Shown: positions 30,311 to 40,346 of the stretch, piece after piece
Layout of the letters: every line of letters begins with the position of its first letter
How positions within the stretch are numbered: the stretch's first letter is position 1
Assembly: GCA_963703315.1 (NCBI GenBank)
Contig: OY969811.1
Span: forward strand, 4,352,001-4,416,000
Reading direction: 5' to 3'
Length of the DNA stretch: 64,000 nucleotides
Origin: an uncultured cyanobacterium
GTDB taxonomy: Bacteria > Cyanobacteriota > Cyanobacteriia > Pseudanabaenales > Pseudanabaenaceae
Program-made: the position numbers and the translations under genes
Notes under the pieces: generated by a model
What the model was told of the DNA's origin: nothing
Database searches by the model: none
The model's input: only the letters and a program-made list of their open reading frames with translations

Positions 30311-30964
30311 TTAGTTTGGTTTGGCATTTTGCGATGTATTGCTGCTATTACAGTGAGCCTTTAATTTAAAAGTTTTGCGGTGTAGCTCACTGTAACCAAT
30401 CTGGGCGATCGCCTCTCGATGTTTAACAGTTCCATAACCTTTATTTGTCGCAATGTCATACCCCTTGTAGATGTTGGCAAGTTCGAGCATTTGCCGATCT
30501 CGCCATACTTTAGCAACTATGCTCGCTGCCGCAATCGAGATTGATAGAGCATCGCCCTTAACTACCGTTGTTTGAGGAATGGGAGCAATTAATTGAAATC
30601 TTAAAAGTTGATTGCCATCCACCAAGCAATATTTGGGTTGGGGCTGTAACTTGGCGATCGCCCTTTCCATTGCCAGTAAACTGGCGGCAAGGATATTCAT
30701 TTGATCAATTTCTACAACTGAAGCAGTGCCAATTTCACAGGCGATCGCCACTTCACGAATGATCCGATCTAATTTCTCACGTCGTTGCGGTGACAGTTTT
30801 TTGCTATCAGTGACACCGAGATTCGCTAAGTCTGCTAATTGATCAATAGGTAAGATTACTGCCGCCGCCGCCACTTCTCCAAATAATGCGCCTCGACCAA
30901 CTTCATCAACCCCTGCGACAGGATGATGTTGGATTTCTAGCGATCGGATGTATTCTCGTTCCAT
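30311..30964 (-). CDS. rnhB: Ribonuclease HII
   Basis: AGVDEVGRG, DSKKL, LVDG, SIAAASIVAKVWRD, NKGYGT. Real start ATG 30964. Confidence 0.95.
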   Translation of the reverse strand: MEREYIRSLEIQHHPVAGVDEVGRGALFGEVAAAAVILPIDQLADLANLGVTDSKKLSPQRREKLDRIIREVAIACEIGTASVVEIDQMNILAASLLAMERAIAKLQPQPKYCLVDGNQLLRFQLIAPIPQTTVVKGDALSISIAAASIVAKVWRDRQMLELANIYKGYDIATNKGYGTVKHREAIAQIGYSELHRKTFKLKAHCNSSNTSQNAKPN

Positions 30965-30966
30965 GA

Positions 30967-31218
30967 TATAGCTGTCGCCAGTTGTGTTATCCCAAAACAG
31001 AGTGGCGGCGCAAAGCGCCGCCACTCTGTTTTGGGTTTTATATTTTAACTGCTATGGCTGTAACTATGAGATTAAGAAACTTTTTGTAAATTTAGGTCGT
31101 CTGTCATTTTTATAGCTGTTAGCTGTCGCCAGTCTTGTTAGGAATTAAAAAGACAAGTTGCGGCGCTTCGCGCCGCAACTTGTCTTTTGGGGTTTTAATA
31201 CAAATAGCGATCGCTATA
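30967..31218. mobile_element. Two degenerate family D elements
   Basis: tatagctgtcgccagt start at 30967 and tagctgtcgccagt at 31120, each followed by a central GCGGCGC-NNN-GCGCCGC hairpin. Confidence 0.7.
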
Positions 31219-31355
31219 TCAACGTACTATGTTGCAAGCGACTTACGGAATTCAGGCTAAATTTAGATTAAGTCTGAGTCGAATTTGTCAGAATATCTAG
31301 AAATATGATTTAAACTTTGCTAACTACCTATAGCCTGATATTTTCGGGGAAAATT

Positions 31356-32237
31356 ATGAAGCGTCATTTGCAATTTGTATCTGCATCCCTATTAGCCGCA
31401 TTGGTTAGTGTCGCCACAGCGATGCCTAGCTTCGCCGCCGATCCATTTCGTACTAGCAATCCTAGAGCGATCGGCAGTGAAACCCAAAAAGTATTTGAAT
31501 TAATGTTCAAAGAAGGGAATTATGTGGCGGCAGTGAAACAGTTAGATCTAGCGATTAGAACTGAAGCTAACGATCCACTTTTGTTTGCGCTAAGAGCTTC
31601 GACTTTCTATGCTACAGGAGACTATCTGGGAATGCAGGTAGCTGGTAAGAGGGTGCGGGTCAATGCTGAGGCGCTGAGGGGGAAGGATGATCTAAGAGCC
31701 TATATCTATTTAGCCGCGAGCGACCTGATCGAGGCAGGATATATTATCAAAACTGACGGTATATCTAGTACGCCTAGAGCTTTGCCACTTGTGCAAAGTG
31801 TCTTTGACAACATCAAAAAAGCACAAGATATTGCCCCGAACGATCCTGAACTGAATTTGATTAAGGGTTACATGGATATCTTGATTGCTTCAGCATTACC
31901 CTTGTCTGACCTTGAATCAGCTTTGACAAGTCTTAAAGAATACGCCTCTCCTGATTATCTAAAATGGCGCGGTATTGCGATGGCATACCGTGATGCTCGT
32001 AAAGGCGATCTTGCTTTAGATGCCGTAAATAAAGCACTGGCTGCTGCTCCAAATAATCCAGAGTTACTTCATCTGAAGGGACAAATTTTATGGATTAGAG
32101 GTGGTAGCGATCTGCCTGTTGCCGTCAAGCAATTTCACCTTGCTTTGAGTAAATCGAAGCAAATGAATCCTAGCCTGTTGTCAGAAATTCGCGAGCAATG
32201 TCGTAGGTTATCTGGTACTGTCTGTCCCGAAAAATAG
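31356..32237 (+). CDS. Secreted TPR protein (Sll0314/Alr1548-like)
   Basis: Signal peptide then ADPFRTSNPR; DPELNLIKGYMD; PNNPELLHLKGQIL. Confidence 0.8.
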   Translation: MKRHLQFVSASLLAALVSVATAMPSFAADPFRTSNPRAIGSETQKVFELMFKEGNYVAAVKQLDLAIRTEANDPLLFALRASTFYATGDYLGMQVAGKRVRVNAEALRGKDDLRAYIYLAASDLIEAGYIIKTDGISSTPRALPLVQSVFDNIKKAQDIAPNDPELNLIKGYMDILIASALPLSDLESALTSLKEYASPDYLKWRGIAMAYRDARKGDLALDAVNKALAAAPNNPELLHLKGQILWIRGGSDLPVAVKQFHLALSKSKQMNPSLLSEIREQCRRLSGTVCPEK

Positions 32238-32245
32238 TTGCTATG

Positions 32246-32349
32246 TAAGTATCTGGGCATAATTAAAAACCAGAATTAAAACCTGTGGCGCACGCGCAGC
32301 GTGCGCCACAGGTTTTAGGGTTTTATATTTAATTGCGCCTAGATACTTA
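32246..32349. mobile_element. MITE-like family B (104 bp)
   Basis: taagtatctgggcataattaaa...tttaattgcgcctagatactta; same central hairpin as the 8949 copy. Confidence 0.8.
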
Positions 32350-32460
32350 ACAAAAGCAAAAAAGACTCGCATTGCGAGTCTTTTTTGTTTTTAAGATTCT
32401 GCAAGCATTACTGGCTACAGCCTGAATAGGACACTCTTCGGTAAACTATTCTCAAAGTAA

Positions 32461-32562
32461 TATAGCTGCCGCCATTTGCATTACCCCCCAAGATGAGTGG
32501 CGGCGCATCGCGCCGCCACTCATCTTAGAGTTTTGTGTTCTAACAAGACTGGCGACAGCTAT
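32461..32562. mobile_element. MITE-like family D
   Basis: tatagctgccgccatttg...actggcgacagctata with a central hairpin. Confidence 0.8.
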
Positions 32563-32625
32563 ACCAATGAAAAAAATGGCAATACCATTTTTTTCATCTC
32601 AGTTCACATCAAGCAAGAAAAAATC

Positions 32626-33462
32626 ATGGCGCAAGACATTAAACTGATTGTGGTAGATATTGATGGCACGATTAGCGGTGATGCCAATCAGGTTAATGAT
32701 GCGGTCAAGCAAGCGGTAAAAGCGGCTCAGGCTAAAGGTGTAAAGGTGGCGATCGCTACGGGTAGAATGTATCGCTCGGCTGTCCGTTTTCATGAACTAA
32801 TCGCTTCGGATATGCCATTGATTTCCTATCAAGGGGCATTCATCAAAGATCCGCAAACCGATGAATTAGTTGGACATTGGCCTGTTGAACTCGGACAAGC
32901 GCTCTCTCTACTAGATGACCTTAAAGAATTTGCCACCAATGACAAACTATCAATTCATATTTATGTCAATGATGAACTCTACGTTCGGAAAATGACTGCT
33001 CAAACGGAAGCCTACGCCGAACGGTCTAAGGTTGGCGTGAAGGTAGTTGGTGATTTGCGAGAGTTTTTGACTGATGCGAATACTGATCATCCACCCACCA
33101 AGATTCTGGCTCTTAGCGATACAGAGGAATTAGTAACAGAAATGTTGCGAGTTCTCAAGGGTCGCTATACACCCCAGCAACTTTATCTCACCAAGTCCGT
33201 TGCTACTTTCTTTGAGGCTACCAATCCGATCGCGAATAAAGGTACGGCTGTCAAACATTTAGCCGAAAATATTTTTGGATTTGATCGCTCTCAGGTTTTG
33301 GCGATCGGCGATAATTTCAATGACTTAGAAATGATCGAATATGCAGGTATTGGCGTAGTGATGGGCAATGGAGCCGAAGGTCTAAAACCACTGGGTGATT
33401 GGGTTGCACCTAGTGTCGAAGAAGATGGTGTTGCCGCCGCGATCGCCAAATTTGTGTTATAA
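32626..33462 (+). CDS. Cof-type HAD-IIB hydrolase
   Basis: VVDIDGT, ATGR, NKGTA, IGDNFNDLEM. Real start ATG 32626. Confidence 0.92.
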   Translation: MAQDIKLIVVDIDGTISGDANQVNDAVKQAVKAAQAKGVKVAIATGRMYRSAVRFHELIASDMPLISYQGAFIKDPQTDELVGHWPVELGQALSLLDDLKEFATNDKLSIHIYVNDELYVRKMTAQTEAYAERSKVGVKVVGDLREFLTDANTDHPPTKILALSDTEELVTEMLRVLKGRYTPQQLYLTKSVATFFEATNPIANKGTAVKHLAENIFGFDRSQVLAIGDNFNDLEMIEYAGIGVVMGNGAEGLKPLGDWVAPSVEEDGVAAAIAKFVL

Positions 33463-33516
33463 ATTTTCATAAAAGAGTGTTCTAGCACTCTTTTATGCTT
33501 AAACCCTAAGGGAATA

Positions 33517-34992
33517 GTGATGCTAGAACCTCAAAAAGTCATTAACCAACGCTATCAGTTAGAACACCAACTAGGAAAAAATGCAGGTCGTGAGACTTGG
33601 TTGGCTAAGGATTTAGAGAAAGAGAATGAGCTTGTGGTGGTCAAACTATTGGCATTTGGGGGCAATGTGCAATGGGAAGACTTAAAACTCTTTGAGCGCG
33701 AGGCAAATGTCCTTAAGCAATTAAATCATCCACGCATTCCCAAATACCGCGATTATTTTTCGATAGACGATCGCTCTTTGTGGTTTGGATTGGTTCAGGA
33801 ATATATTCAAGGAGATTCTTTGCGTGAATATATTGCGAAAGGACATAAGTTTACCGAATCTCAAGTTAAACAGATTGCGATCGCGATTTTAGAGATTCTG
33901 ATCTATCTCCATGAACTAAATCCTCAAGTACTCTATCGTGATCTTAAGCCTAGCAATTTAGTTTTAGCGGCAAAAGAAGGAGGTGCGAAAAATATTTATC
34001 TAGTGGATTTTGGGGCAGTGCAAGATAAAGCATCGGCAGAAGGCAAATCTTTTACCGTAGTGGGAACCTATGGTTATGCGCCGATGGAACAGTATGGAGG
34101 GAGAGCAGTCGCTGCTTCTGACCTCTATGCACTGGGTGCGACGATGATTCATTTACTAACGGGCATATCGCCTGCGGATTTACCACAGGATGATGAAGCG
34201 AAGATTATGTTTAGCGATCGCACTAGCGCTAGTTCTCATCTGGTGCAATGGATTCAAAAGTTAGTAGAACCGACAGTTAAAAAACGCTATGCATCGGCAA
34301 GAGATGCTTTAAAAGCTTTAAGGGAACCGATTGCAATTATCGCCCCTTCCCCAGTAGTACCAATAAAGCGATCGCCCAGTACTAGTTCTGATACCTTCAA
34401 ATCTTATTCCAGATCTTCAATGCCTGAGACAAATATTATAGTGGAACAGTCGGCAACTCAACTCCGAGTAGTGATTCCTGCTCGTATTTGGAGTGTGATT
34501 GTTTTTTGTCTCTTGTTGGGAATCGCTGCTTTCGCATCTTACCCATTTTGGACAACTTTTCTAGAAGCGTTATTGTCTAATAACAATACCAATAAACTTG
34601 CGTTATTTGTAGTAGTAGTTTTGATATTGCTTATATTGTTGAATATTTTGATGACCGAGCTAACCACAGTTGTTTTGGAAGTCGGTGATCAGGAAACTTG
34701 GCTAACGCGATCGCTATTTGGGAAAACTTATTTGCAAGTAAAAGCTCCTACCAATACATTGCACGGGATTGAACCAATGTGGCGAATGCTGGAAAAAAGG
34801 AACAAGAGCATTTTAGATGATCTAATTTGGGCAAGTGCTGAACATAATGAAGATAATTCCAAAAAGGTCAATGTGTTTCTATGGTTGCAAGGAAAAAAGT
34901 ATGCATTAGCAACTAGTGATCTAAGACCTACAGAAGTCAATTGGTTAATGGATGTTATTGAAGAGTTCTTACATAAATTGCGGAGGAAATAA
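33517..34992 (+). CDS. Membrane-anchored Ser/Thr protein kinase
   Basis: VVKLL, YRDLKPSN, DFG, GTYGYAPMEQ, SDLYALG; two hydrophobic helices in the C-terminal half. Confidence 0.92.
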   Translation: MMLEPQKVINQRYQLEHQLGKNAGRETWLAKDLEKENELVVVKLLAFGGNVQWEDLKLFEREANVLKQLNHPRIPKYRDYFSIDDRSLWFGLVQEYIQGDSLREYIAKGHKFTESQVKQIAIAILEILIYLHELNPQVLYRDLKPSNLVLAAKEGGAKNIYLVDFGAVQDKASAEGKSFTVVGTYGYAPMEQYGGRAVAASDLYALGATMIHLLTGISPADLPQDDEAKIMFSDRTSASSHLVQWIQKLVEPTVKKRYASARDALKALREPIAIIAPSPVVPIKRSPSTSSDTFKSYSRSSMPETNIIVEQSATQLRVVIPARIWSVIVFCLLLGIAAFASYPFWTTFLEALLSNNNTNKLALFVVVVLILLILLNILMTELTTVVLEVGDQETWLTRSLFGKTYLQVKAPTNTLHGIEPMWRMLEKRNKSILDDLIWASAEHNEDNSKKVNVFLWLQGKKYALATSDLRPTEVNWLMDVIEEFLHKLRRK

Positions 34993-35942
34993 TGTGGCGA
35001 TCGCTTCTTAAAAACTTGACATCTTCTCAGATCTACTGGTTTAGCATTTTTTGCACAGTGGCGATCGCAGGTTGCTCAAATCCCTTTGCAACCGCAAATG
35101 TAACAGACCAAATCCGAATTGGAACTTTTAATCTAGAAAATTTTGATGGTCTAAATGCTGAAAAGTTAACATCAGTGAGCCAGATTATTGATCGTAATTT
35201 TGATGCGATCGGTTTGCAAGAGGTGAGTCCTGTTGCTGCCGAAAAACTAAAGGAGCAGTTGAATAAAAGTAAACAATGGGAATTTATTTTAGGAGATACA
35301 GGCAGTAAGCAAAGGGTCGCAATGTTCTATCGTAAAGACTTGATGACGGCACAAAAAGTAACTGAATGGCAACAGGTAAACATTACAGGAACTTTGCGAT
35401 CGCCCCTTGTGACTTATCTTAAAGCAGTGCCAACAGATAGCAAGAGTTTTGATTTCACTTTAGTGATTGTGCATCAGAAGGGTGGTGGTGGCAAAGATGC
35501 CGATCGCCTTCGCCAAAATCAAAGCGACTTACTGCGTAAAGAAGTTGACAAATATCAAAAAAATCCCCAATCTGATCCTGATTTAATCTTGTTAGGTGAT
35601 TTTAATAGTCCGACATGGGCAGACCAAAATCGGGGTTTACGCAATGCTCCACTAACATTTTTGACTAGAGCGATCGAAACTGATGCTAAAGAGAACTGCT
35701 TAAAAAAGCGTGGGCAACCGAAAACTGCTGATGGTCGTCCCAGATTTTCTAATCGTGGTACAGGTTGTGTCATCGATCATATTGCAATTTCTAAAGCTCC
35801 TCAAGGTGCAGAAGAAGAATATATTCCTCAATCCATTCAAATTCTCGATCCGCAGCAAGATTTAGGCTTTGATAGCGATCGCACCTATTTTTCTAATATT
35901 TCTGATCATCTGCCTGTACGAGCAATTTTTCGCACCAAGTAA
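34992..35942 (+). CDS. Endonuclease/exonuclease/phosphatase family lipoprotein
   Basis: Lipobox IAGC; TFNLENF, LQEV, LGDFN, IDHI, SDHLPV. Confidence 0.88.
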   Translation: MWRSLLKNLTSSQIYWFSIFCTVAIAGCSNPFATANVTDQIRIGTFNLENFDGLNAEKLTSVSQIIDRNFDAIGLQEVSPVAAEKLKEQLNKSKQWEFILGDTGSKQRVAMFYRKDLMTAQKVTEWQQVNITGTLRSPLVTYLKAVPTDSKSFDFTLVIVHQKGGGGKDADRLRQNQSDLLRKEVDKYQKNPQSDPDLILLGDFNSPTWADQNRGLRNAPLTFLTRAIETDAKENCLKKRGQPKTADGRPRFSNRGTGCVIDHIAISKAPQGAEEEYIPQSIQILDPQQDLGFDSDRTYFSNISDHLPVRAIFRTK

Positions 35943-35968
35943 AAAGCGGCGCAAAGCGCCGCTTTTTT
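35940..35968. terminator. Bidirectional terminator-like hairpin between convergent genes
   Basis: aaaaagcggcgc-aaa-gcgccgcttttt lies between two stop codons. Confidence 0.7.
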
Positions 35969-36811
35969 TTATAATCCAGAAGGTAACCCAGTGGGTCTGC
36001 CCTTCACGCTAGTGACGATTCTGCCCCAACCAGCTTCACCACCACCATCCCAGAAAATTTGTTGCATCACATCATAGCTGTAAGGATCATAGGCTCCACC
36101 AACACCGACATCATAACTATCACTAGCTCCATGACGAGTACCATAGGGATCATGCACAAGCCATACTCTCTTATCAGGATCATGACCCACAATCACACAA
36201 ATATGACCACTCCCTTTGTAAGCAAATCCAACCACTACTGGAATGCCAGTTTTGAGGGATAGTAATACATCTTTAGCAGAGAGGGAATAACTGAAGTAGG
36301 AGTTAATACCGAGTTCCTTTAAAGCCCATGTTTGAGCATCATGATCGGTGGTATCACCATATTTGCCGACGAGTCGCATATAGACTGATTCTGGTTCTGC
36401 AAACCCCTGTGCTTTCGCCATTGTCGTCAAGGCTCCAGATAGCACAAAGTCAGCTAGCATCGTATTACTAGTCGTATTGCACTGTCTCCAACCAGGTCCA
36501 AAGATTGCCTGATCGTTATCTAGTTGTGAAGCATATTTGACTGGTAACTTGATTAGACGATTGAGATCTTCCCCTTCAATCTTAATGTGAGGCTCATAGG
36601 CATACACCTTTTGTAATTGGGACTTGCCATCTAGGGTCGGAAAAGGAGAGGCAAGATTGAGGACAATGTGTTGATTGCGATCAGGGTTATATTCTGTGAC
36701 AAAAAATGCCTGATCTTTTTTAATAAAAACTTTCTCAGAATCGGCTAAATCCGTTGAACCCAGCAGCTTTTTTTTCAGAAAAGTGTCTTGTTGGGCGATC
36801 GCTTTTGGCAT
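35969..36811 (-). CDS. C39-like cysteine peptidase
   Basis: RQCNTTS (Cys), GHICVIVG (His), VHDPYG (Asp). Confidence 0.8.
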   Translation of the reverse strand: MPKAIAQQDTFLKKKLLGSTDLADSEKVFIKKDQAFFVTEYNPDRNQHIVLNLASPFPTLDGKSQLQKVYAYEPHIKIEGEDLNRLIKLPVKYASQLDNDQAIFGPGWRQCNTTSNTMLADFVLSGALTTMAKAQGFAEPESVYMRLVGKYGDTTDHDAQTWALKELGINSYFSYSLSAKDVLLSLKTGIPVVVGFAYKGSGHICVIVGHDPDKRVWLVHDPYGTRHGASDSYDVGVGGAYDPYSYDVMQQIFWDGGGEAGWGRIVTSVKGRPTGLPSGL

Positions 36812-36964
36812 AGGACAACCTCAAAAATGAATGCGATAATCATATAAATCATCGCATACATATCGCATACATATCCCAATCAGGAATTAATGAAATAGTA
36901 AACAAGATTTTTATCGACAATCCAACGCTTTGCGTACTAAGCTATCAATTTAAGCTAAAGCCCC

Positions 36965-39628
36965 ATGACTAATGCCAACCTGCCCCGCCGTGAAAGTTTA
37001 GTCAATCGCTTAATTTTTGGGTTGACCACTAGCACTTCCCTATTAGCCACTGCTGCCTTAATATTGCTGCTGCATATCCAGCAAGGTACACCCGAATTAG
37101 AAGCTTTCACAACATGGCTGGCGATCGTGGTTCTCTCTACGGGGTTAGGCTCAGGTTTATTTGTGGCGATTTCAATTGTGCGGAGTATTCAGCCGCCACT
37201 TACCGAACTTGCAGAAGCTGCCGAAGAAATATCTACAGGCAATTTGTCAGCGCGATCGCAGTTAAATCGATCTGATGAAATCGGCGAATTTGCTAAGGTT
37301 TTTAATCGCATGGCAGCACATCTGGAAACTAAAACTGCCACCCTTGAGGCTCGTGATATTCAGTTTGCGCTGCAATCCCTCGATCGCGTATTAGTCAACA
37401 CCACCGATCAATACAAATTAATCAAGGCAAGTCTCGAAGAAATTTGTAAACTCACAGGCGCACAACTTGGTAGCATTTATCTTTGGGAAACTCCCACCTC
37501 ACGCCCTGATGGATGTCTGGTGCTAGCGGCGGAATGGGGCTATAAAACTAGTCAAGCGCTGACAGAAATTTCCCTCGGAGAAGGGATTATTGGTCAGGCA
37601 GGGCAGCTCCAAGAAGCGATTATTTGGGAAGGCGATCGTCTCAAAGGTCAAACCCTAGTGTATCGTACTCCCGTTGGTGATTTGCTCCCTCAAAGCCTTT
37701 CCGCCTATCCATTGATGCTCAGGCGCAGTCTCGTCGGCATTCTCTTTTTAGGTAGTCTCACGCCGCTTTCAGAACGAGGAAGGAATATCTTAGAGTCCAT
37801 CGGTCGTCGTCTGGCTACAGCAATTAGTAATGCTCAGAGCATTGAAACGATCGCCCGTCAGCGTGAAGAATTAACTACTGTATTCGAGCAGCTTGCCGAT
37901 GGTGTATTACTGAGCGATCCTGCGGGACGGATTCTGAAAATCAATTCCGCAGGACGTAAGATTCTGAGTTTCAATGCCGTTAATGATGGTGTACCTGCAT
38001 CGCCTGTGATTGCCAAATCAATGGAAGAGATTGTCAAACAATTTGACATCAGGCATCAAGATGGCGAACCTGTTGATTTAGCGAATCTAGTCGTATTTCG
38101 GGCAATGTCTACAGGGGAAGTAGTGGAAGATCAGGTGGTTTTGCGCCCACCTGAAGGGAATGAAATCATTCTCAGCACCAAAGCTGCACCGCTTGTGGGA
38201 ACAGAATCAGAACTAATTGGGAGTGTGATGATTTTGCGCGATGTCACAGAGCAGCGTTATCGCGACAAGGTGATGCAAGAGACGAACAAGATCATGATCG
38301 AGCAGCAGAAGCGGATGAGCATTTTGCAACGGCTCACCAACTTGATTAACCAACAATTGCAAGATCTAAATGTTCTATTGGAATCGGTGGTAGAGGCAAC
38401 CTGTGATGCGATTATGTGGGCAGAGATTTGTGTAATTGCGCTCTACAATCCTAAAGAAAATCGTCTGACCTTATCAGCAGCTAAGGGATTGCCCGATGAT
38501 TTCCCATTGCAAGAGTCTTTTGCCCTAGATGCTCAAAATCTGATTGCACAGGTGTTTAAGGAAGGTATTCCCATCGAAATTAAAGCGGGAGAATCGCACC
38601 TGATTGAGGATCTACCCGTAAAAAGTGCTTTATGTGTCCCGATTGAGTCTAGTCGCTCTGGGCGTTTGGGTGTATTAGCGATCGGGCATTTCCATTTGGA
38701 GCGAGCGAGTTCTCGTGAAGATTTGAATCTCTTGGCTTCTTTTGGTGTCCAAGCAGCGATCGCGATCGGTAATGCTCAATTAATTAATCAAATTGAAGCA
38801 CAAAATGCTCAGTTATTAGAAGCAACTCAACTTAAGAGTCAGTTTCTCGCCAATATGAGCCATGAACTTCGCACTCCCATGAATGCAATTATTGGCTTCT
38901 CCCAAGTGCTATTACGTCAACGACGCGATGCTCTTTCCCCCAGTCAAGTAGATATGGTGGAACGTATCCTTCGTAATGGCAAGAATCTGCTAGATCTGAT
39001 TAATGACATTCTTGACCTGTCAAAAATCGAAGCTGGTAAAATGGAAGCACATCCTGAATTGTTCAACCTTGATGAATTAATTCACCATACCTGTGAAAGT
39101 CTACAACCTTTAGCCAATGTCAAATCCCTTGATTTTGTATTCCATAATCATATTGGTACTTGTGCGATCTATCATGATTCAATTCGGATTAAACAAGTCA
39201 TTACCAATTTGGTGTCGAATGCGATTAAGTTTACCGATAGAGGCGAAGTTTGTATTGAGTTGAAATATGCTTCGGAAACTTTAAATACAACATTAGACAA
39301 TCCATCATCAGAAATAGTTACAGATACGACAAATCCATCTATTGAAGAATCTCAAGTTTCCCCCTTAGCAATATCCAATATTCTCATCTCTGTTCGAGAT
39401 ACAGGCATTGGCATTGATCCTGAGTTTCAACGTACAATTTTTGAACAATTCCGTCAAGTCGATCAGTCCTCCACACGCAAGCATGGTGGCACTGGTTTGG
39501 GTCTAGCGATTACAGAACAACTTGTATTATTAATGGGTGGCACAATCTATTTAGAAAGCGAAGCTAATCGGGGTTCTATCTTTACTGTAGAGTTACCACC
39601 ACGCTTACCACAGACGCAAGGAAGCTAA
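36965..39628 (+). CDS. Multi-sensor histidine kinase (2TM-HAMP-GAF-PAS-GAF-HisKA-HATPase)
   Basis: DEIGEFAKVFNRMA (HAMP); FLANMSHELRTPMNAI; NLVSNAIKFT; DTGIG; GGTGLGLAI. Confidence 0.93.
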   Translation: MTNANLPRRESLVNRLIFGLTTSTSLLATAALILLLHIQQGTPELEAFTTWLAIVVLSTGLGSGLFVAISIVRSIQPPLTELAEAAEEISTGNLSARSQLNRSDEIGEFAKVFNRMAAHLETKTATLEARDIQFALQSLDRVLVNTTDQYKLIKASLEEICKLTGAQLGSIYLWETPTSRPDGCLVLAAEWGYKTSQALTEISLGEGIIGQAGQLQEAIIWEGDRLKGQTLVYRTPVGDLLPQSLSAYPLMLRRSLVGILFLGSLTPLSERGRNILESIGRRLATAISNAQSIETIARQREELTTVFEQLADGVLLSDPAGRILKINSAGRKILSFNAVNDGVPASPVIAKSMEEIVKQFDIRHQDGEPVDLANLVVFRAMSTGEVVEDQVVLRPPEGNEIILSTKAAPLVGTESELIGSVMILRDVTEQRYRDKVMQETNKIMIEQQKRMSILQRLTNLINQQLQDLNVLLESVVEATCDAIMWAEICVIALYNPKENRLTLSAAKGLPDDFPLQESFALDAQNLIAQVFKEGIPIEIKAGESHLIEDLPVKSALCVPIESSRSGRLGVLAIGHFHLERASSREDLNLLASFGVQAAIAIGNAQLINQIEAQNAQLLEATQLKSQFLANMSHELRTPMNAIIGFSQVLLRQRRDALSPSQVDMVERILRNGKNLLDLINDILDLSKIEAGKMEAHPELFNLDELIHHTCESLQPLANVKSLDFVFHNHIGTCAIYHDSIRIKQVITNLVSNAIKFTDRGEVCIELKYASETLNTTLDNPSSEIVTDTTNPSIEESQVSPLAISNILISVRDTGIGIDPEFQRTIFEQFRQVDQSSTRKHGGTGLGLAITEQLVLLMGGTIYLESEANRGSIFTVELPPRLPQTQGS

Positions 39629-39641
39629 AAAATAGTGCAAG

Positions 39642-40286
39642 TTATTTACGAAAATCTTTACGTTTTTTGTGCCAATGCCGTAAAGCTAATGAACTAGCAA
39701 GTATCAATATACCTGCCGAAGCGTCAAACTCAAAGGGAACAGGAGTAATATCAAAAGTAGCGTTATTTAGGTTTCCTGTATTACCATTGAAGCTATCGTA
39801 AAAGCGTAATGTCCAAGTGGTATTGGGATTAGTGCCATCATTAAAATCGCTAAATGTATTTGCTACTAACGATGGTGATTCTACAAAAGCATTATCTTCT
39901 GGAGCAAAATTTCCTGTGTAGGGAGCGGAAGCACTGGAAATTAATGGTTGACTATCTATAAAAGTAGTACTAACTAAGTTGCTAGCTGATAATGAACTAA
40001 AGAGATTTAGGGTTCTACCGCTTGTATTATTTATTAAGTATCCTTCTAATTCGGCAAGGCTTGCATGAGTTAAATTGATGGTTAGGCTGTATGAATAGCT
40101 AGAAGATGTGGTGACTCCTGTAACGTTAAAAGTAAACTCTGTGGGAGTTGCTGTATTTGGAATAGACGAATCATTGAGTGCGCCAGTATTGCTGCTAAAT
40201 GAGAAAGCTTGTACTGACGGAGTAGATACAGTATAACTAATCGCAATAGTAGCTGTGGCTAATAGAAGTTTAGGTATTGTATGCAT
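39642..40286 (-). CDS. Secreted protein with proprotein-convertase P-domain-like region and PFE/PEP-CTERM-like sorting tail
   Basis: Signal peptide; TWTLRFYDSFNGNTGNL; C-terminal VPFEFD + hydrophobic helix + basic tail. Confidence 0.7.
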   Translation of the reverse strand: MHTIPKLLLATATIAISYTVSTPSVQAFSFSSNTGALNDSSIPNTATPTEFTFNVTGVTTSSSYSYSLTINLTHASLAELEGYLINNTSGRTLNLFSSLSASNLVSTTFIDSQPLISSASAPYTGNFAPEDNAFVESPSLVANTFSDFNDGTNPNTTWTLRFYDSFNGNTGNLNNATFDITPVPFEFDASAGILILASSLALRHWHKKRKDFRK

Positions 40287-40346
40287 TAGATTTGGGAGTA
40301 TCGATGATTGCTAAGAAAGGTCGGGAAGCTTCATTGAAAAGGCTGA

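Noticed and set aside
36851..36875. 11-bp tandem duplication atcgcatacat
   Set aside because: Only two copies; no further support for a function.
39642..40286. Immunity gene for the RHS cargo
   Set aside because: It has a signal peptide, a P-domain-like region and a PFE-CTERM tail typical of surface proteins; nothing supports immunity, though it is not strictly excluded.
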